Shown here: positions 31,231 through 33,514 of the stretch, piece by piece | Layout of the letters: each line of letters starts with the position of its first letter | How positions within the stretch are numbered: the stretch's first letter is position 1 | Source of the DNA: an uncultured Methanosarcinales archaeon | GTDB taxonomy: Archaea > Nanobdellota > Nanobdellia > Woesearchaeales > UBA10216 | Assembly (NCBI GenBank): GCA_964374085.1 | Contig: CAYJXD010000002.1 | Span: 4,311-37,824 of the forward strand | Length of the DNA: 33,514 bases | Reading direction: 5' to 3' | The notes under the pieces: generated by a model | The model's database searches: none | Told to the model about the DNA's origin: nothing | What the model saw: the letters and a program-made list of their open reading frames with translations, nothing else | Position numbers and translations under genes: made by a program

Positions 31231-32203
31231 TGATGAATTGCTTAAGGAGCAGCTAAGGCATTGCCTTGAGAAAACCGATTTGGGAATCGGCGAGAAATAC
31301 GAAGGCAAGGTAAGGGACAACTATGTTGTTGGCAACAAGAGGATAATAGTTGCCACTGACAGGCTCTCTGCCTTTGATGTTGTCCTCTGCACAATCCCGT
31401 TCAAGGGCCAGGTATTGAACCAGATTTCAAATTTCTGGTTTTCAAGGACAAAGGGAATAGTTCCGAATCATGTGATTGAAGTGCCAGACCCAAATGTAAT
31501 GGTTGTGAAGAACTTAACTCCTATTCCTGTTGAGTTTATTGTCAGGGGTTACATCACTGGCGTTACAACCACGTCAATGTGGCATAATTACAGCAGGGGG
31601 ATAAGGAACTACTGCGGCCACAAGTTGCCTGAAGGATTGAAAAAGGACCAGAAGCTTGACTTTCCTTTAGTAACTCCAACTACAAAGGCAGAGAAAGGGC
31701 AGCATGACGAATTGACTTCCCGAAGCGAGATAATCGAGAAAGGAGTTATGGATGCTGATGAGTTTGATGTCATTTCAGAAACAAGCATAAGGCTGTATGA
31801 GGAAGGCGCCAGGATTGCTGCAAAGAACAGCATCATTCTGGTTGACACCAAGTATGAGTTTGGCCAGGATGAAAATGGAGAAATTTACCTGATAGACGAG
31901 ATTCACACTCCTGACAGCTCAAGGTTCTGGTACAAGGACACATATCAGGAATTATTCAGCAAGGGAGAGGAGCAGAGGAGGATTGACAAGGAATATGTCA
32001 GGAAGTGGCTTGCAGACAGAGGATACACAGGAAATGGAACTCCTCCTGAAATCCCTGATGATGTTCGGGCAGAGGCAGCCAGGAGATACATTGAAGCATA
32101 TGAAAAAATAACAGGCTCCCATTTCGATGCCATCGAGGGCGATGTAATGGATAGGATAAAATCAAACCTTCAACAGAGAGGCTATCTAAATGGACAGGTT
32201 TGA
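31223..32203 (+). CDS. purC: SAICAR synthetase (long form)
   Basis: Motifs GKVRDNY, ATDRLSAFD, LVDTKYEFG and DEIHTPDSSRFW. Confidence 0.9.
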   Translation: MVSDELLKEQLRHCLEKTDLGIGEKYEGKVRDNYVVGNKRIIVATDRLSAFDVVLCTIPFKGQVLNQISNFWFSRTKGIVPNHVIEVPDPNVMVVKNLTPIPVEFIVRGYITGVTTTSMWHNYSRGIRNYCGHKLPEGLKKDQKLDFPLVTPTTKAEKGQHDELTSRSEIIEKGVMDADEFDVISETSIRLYEEGARIAAKNSIILVDTKYEFGQDENGEIYLIDEIHTPDSSRFWYKDTYQELFSKGEEQRRIDKEYVRKWLADRGYTGNGTPPEIPDDVRAEAARRYIEAYEKITGSHFDAIEGDVMDRIKSNLQQRGYLNGQV

Positions 32204-33514
32204 TTCCATAAGCCCATTGGACTACAGGTATTATGCAGATAATGAGCTTTTTCCAGAGATTAACAAGTATCTTTCTGAAAATGCAACTATAAGGTATCAG
32301 CTTCTTGTTGAGCAGAAACTAGTTGAAGCGCTGGCAAAGAAAGGGATATGCAGCGATGAAATTGCAAATGAAGTCGCTGATGCCTGCTCAAAAGTGACTG
32401 CAACCGAGGTTTACGATGAGGAATCAAGGATAAAGCATGACATCCGCGCCCTTGTCAACTGCATAAGGAAGAAAGTTTCTGACAAGGCAAAGCCATTCAT
32501 CCACTTCACTGCAACTTCATCAGACATAATAGGGACAGCAGAGGCATTGAAGTTCAAGGATTCTGCAGAGAAGCTGCTTGTTCCCCAATTGCTGCATCTT
32601 GAGAAAACCCTGATAATGCTTGCCTTGAGGGAAAAATCAACTGTCCAGATTGGAAGGACTCACGGCCAGCACGCTGAGCCAATCACTTTTGGCTTTGCGC
32701 TGTCTGAATATGTAAGCAGGCTTGGGTCAAGGATAGTTTCCATCAAGTCAGCAGCCGCGAATTTAAGGGGCAAAATGTCCGGCGCTGTCGGCAACTACAA
32801 CGCATCCTCATTGTTCTTTGACAATCCTGAAGCATTTGAAAGGGAGCTGCTTGAAAGCATTGGCCTGAAGCCTTCAACCCATTCAACCCAGATTGTTGAG
32901 CCGGAATTTGCAGCAGACTATATGCACGCTGTTGTCTCGGCTTTTGGAGTGCTCGCGAATTTGGCCGATGACATGAGGCACTTGCAGCGCTCTGAAATCA
33001 GCGAAGTTGCTGAAGCTTTTGGAAAGGAACAAGTTGGCTCAAGCACAATGCCCCACAAGAGAAACCCAATCAATTTTGAGAACGTCAAGTCAATGTGGAA
33101 GGCCTTCATGCCAAGGATGACAACACTATACATGGACCAGATATCCGAGCACCAGCGAGACCTTACAAATTCCGCGAGCGGCAGGTTTGCAGCCGAGATA
33201 ATCGCTTCCCTTGCCCTCTCGGCAAACAGGCTCAACAAAATCATGGCAAAGGTTGTTGTGGACAGGGAAAGCATGAATAGAAACTTTGAAAAAAACAGCT
33301 CGATTTCAGCAGAGCCTGCATACATCCTTCTCGCGGCAAATGGCCATCCTGACGCGCATGAGTTTGTGATGAAGCTGACTTTGAAATCCCAGTCGTCAGG
33401 CAGCAGCTTTGCAGAGCTTTTGTTTTCAGACCCAGAAGCAAAGCCATACCTTTCCAAAATGACTGAACAGCAGCTATCAATGTTGAAAAACCCAGAGAAT
33501 TACATTGGCATTGC
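32190..33514 (+). CDS. purB: Adenylosuccinate lyase, 3' end cut by the window edge
   Basis: This ORF is absent from the ORF track because no stop is reached. ATG 32190 (MDRFDSISPLDYRY...) overlaps the purC end by 14 nt and the frame stays open to nt 33514. Motifs: TSSDIIGTA, GRTHGQHAEPITFG and the fumarate-lyase signature GSSTMPHKRNP. Confidence 0.9.
   Translation, partial: MDRFDSISPLDYRYYADNELFPEINKYLSENATIRYQLLVEQKLVEALAKKGICSDEIANEVADACSKVTATEVYDEESRIKHDIRALVNCIRKKVSDKAKPFIHFTATSSDIIGTAEALKFKDSAEKLLVPQLLHLEKTLIMLALREKSTVQIGRTHGQHAEPITFGFALSEYVSRLGSRIVSIKSAAANLRGKMSGAVGNYNASSLFFDNPEAFERELLESIGLKPSTHSTQIVEPEFAADYMHAVVSAFGVLANLADDMRHLQRSEISEVAEAFGKEQVGSSTMPHKRNPINFENVKSMWKAFMPRMTTLYMDQISEHQRDLTNSASGRFAAEIIASLALSANRLNKIMAKVVVDRESMNRNFEKNSSISAEPAYILLAANGHPDAHEFVMKLTLKSQSSGSSFAELLFSDPEAKPYLSKMTEQQLSMLKNPENYIGI

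Noticed and set aside
32918-33457. 179-aa minus-strand ORF at the window end
   Set aside because: It is antisense to the open purB frame, which carries the GSSTMPHKRNP lyase signature. The plus-strand gene is missing from the ORF track only because it has no stop in the window.
1-33514. CRISPR arrays, tRNA/rRNA genes, transposases, integrases and long terminal inverted repeats
   Set aside because: Intergenic space is limited: the longest gap is 222 nt, and it is AT-rich and unstructured. I saw no spaced direct repeats other than the 3 x 20-bp array at 8143-8202, which has no spacers. No ORF has recombinase or transposase motifs (DDE, Tyr or Ser recombinase). I could not run a formal tRNA or ncRNA scan.

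Overview
The window is mostly a single-strand (+), tightly packed nucleotide-biosynthesis supercluster, with many ATGA or 4-16 nt gene overlaps. A 5'-truncated tandem Nudix hydrolase opens the window. Pyrimidine genes follow: carB, pyrD, pyrK, a small Cys-rich ORF, pyrC and pyrE, with pyrF after an insertion. Purine genes come next: purA, a split purH (IMP cyclohydrolase and AICAR transformylase as two ORFs), an orphan ORF, purF, purD, a class-I glutamine amidotransferase and purN. A folate/one-carbon block follows (5-formyl-THF cyclo-ligase, a polytopic membrane protein, glyA, folD). Then come purM, a PurS-PurS-PurL fusion, purQ, a tandem purE, a HAD hydrolase, purC, and the first ~441 codons of purB, which run off the 3' edge and are not in the ORF track. 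Two accessory islets interrupt the cluster. Islet 1 (8.14-10.46 kb) has three 20-bp tandem TATA-containing repeats, then coupled wHTH-nucleotidyltransferase, HEPN-like and LOG/SLOG-like genes, plus a convergent minus-strand orphan. Islet 2 (27.58-29.81 kb) has a minus-strand 445-aa orphan (HTH, about seven degenerate 25-aa repeats, PD-(D/E)xK-like C-terminus) and an AbrB-type vapB / PIN vapC pair with an 18-bp palindromic operator candidate. carB is out of frame near its 5' end: 29 nt sit exactly between the codons for the invariant GQAGE and FDYSG. A/T-rich TATA-like boxes lie about 25-28 nt upstream of several unit-initial ATGs, which suggests archaeal-type, often leaderless, transcription. 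The host is probably an uncultivated archaeon, but the window alone cannot establish that. I found no rRNA, tRNA, CRISPR array, transposase or integrase. Most of the window is ordinary, well-understood metabolism. The items worth a second look are the two islets, the carB disruption and a few unusual domain architectures.
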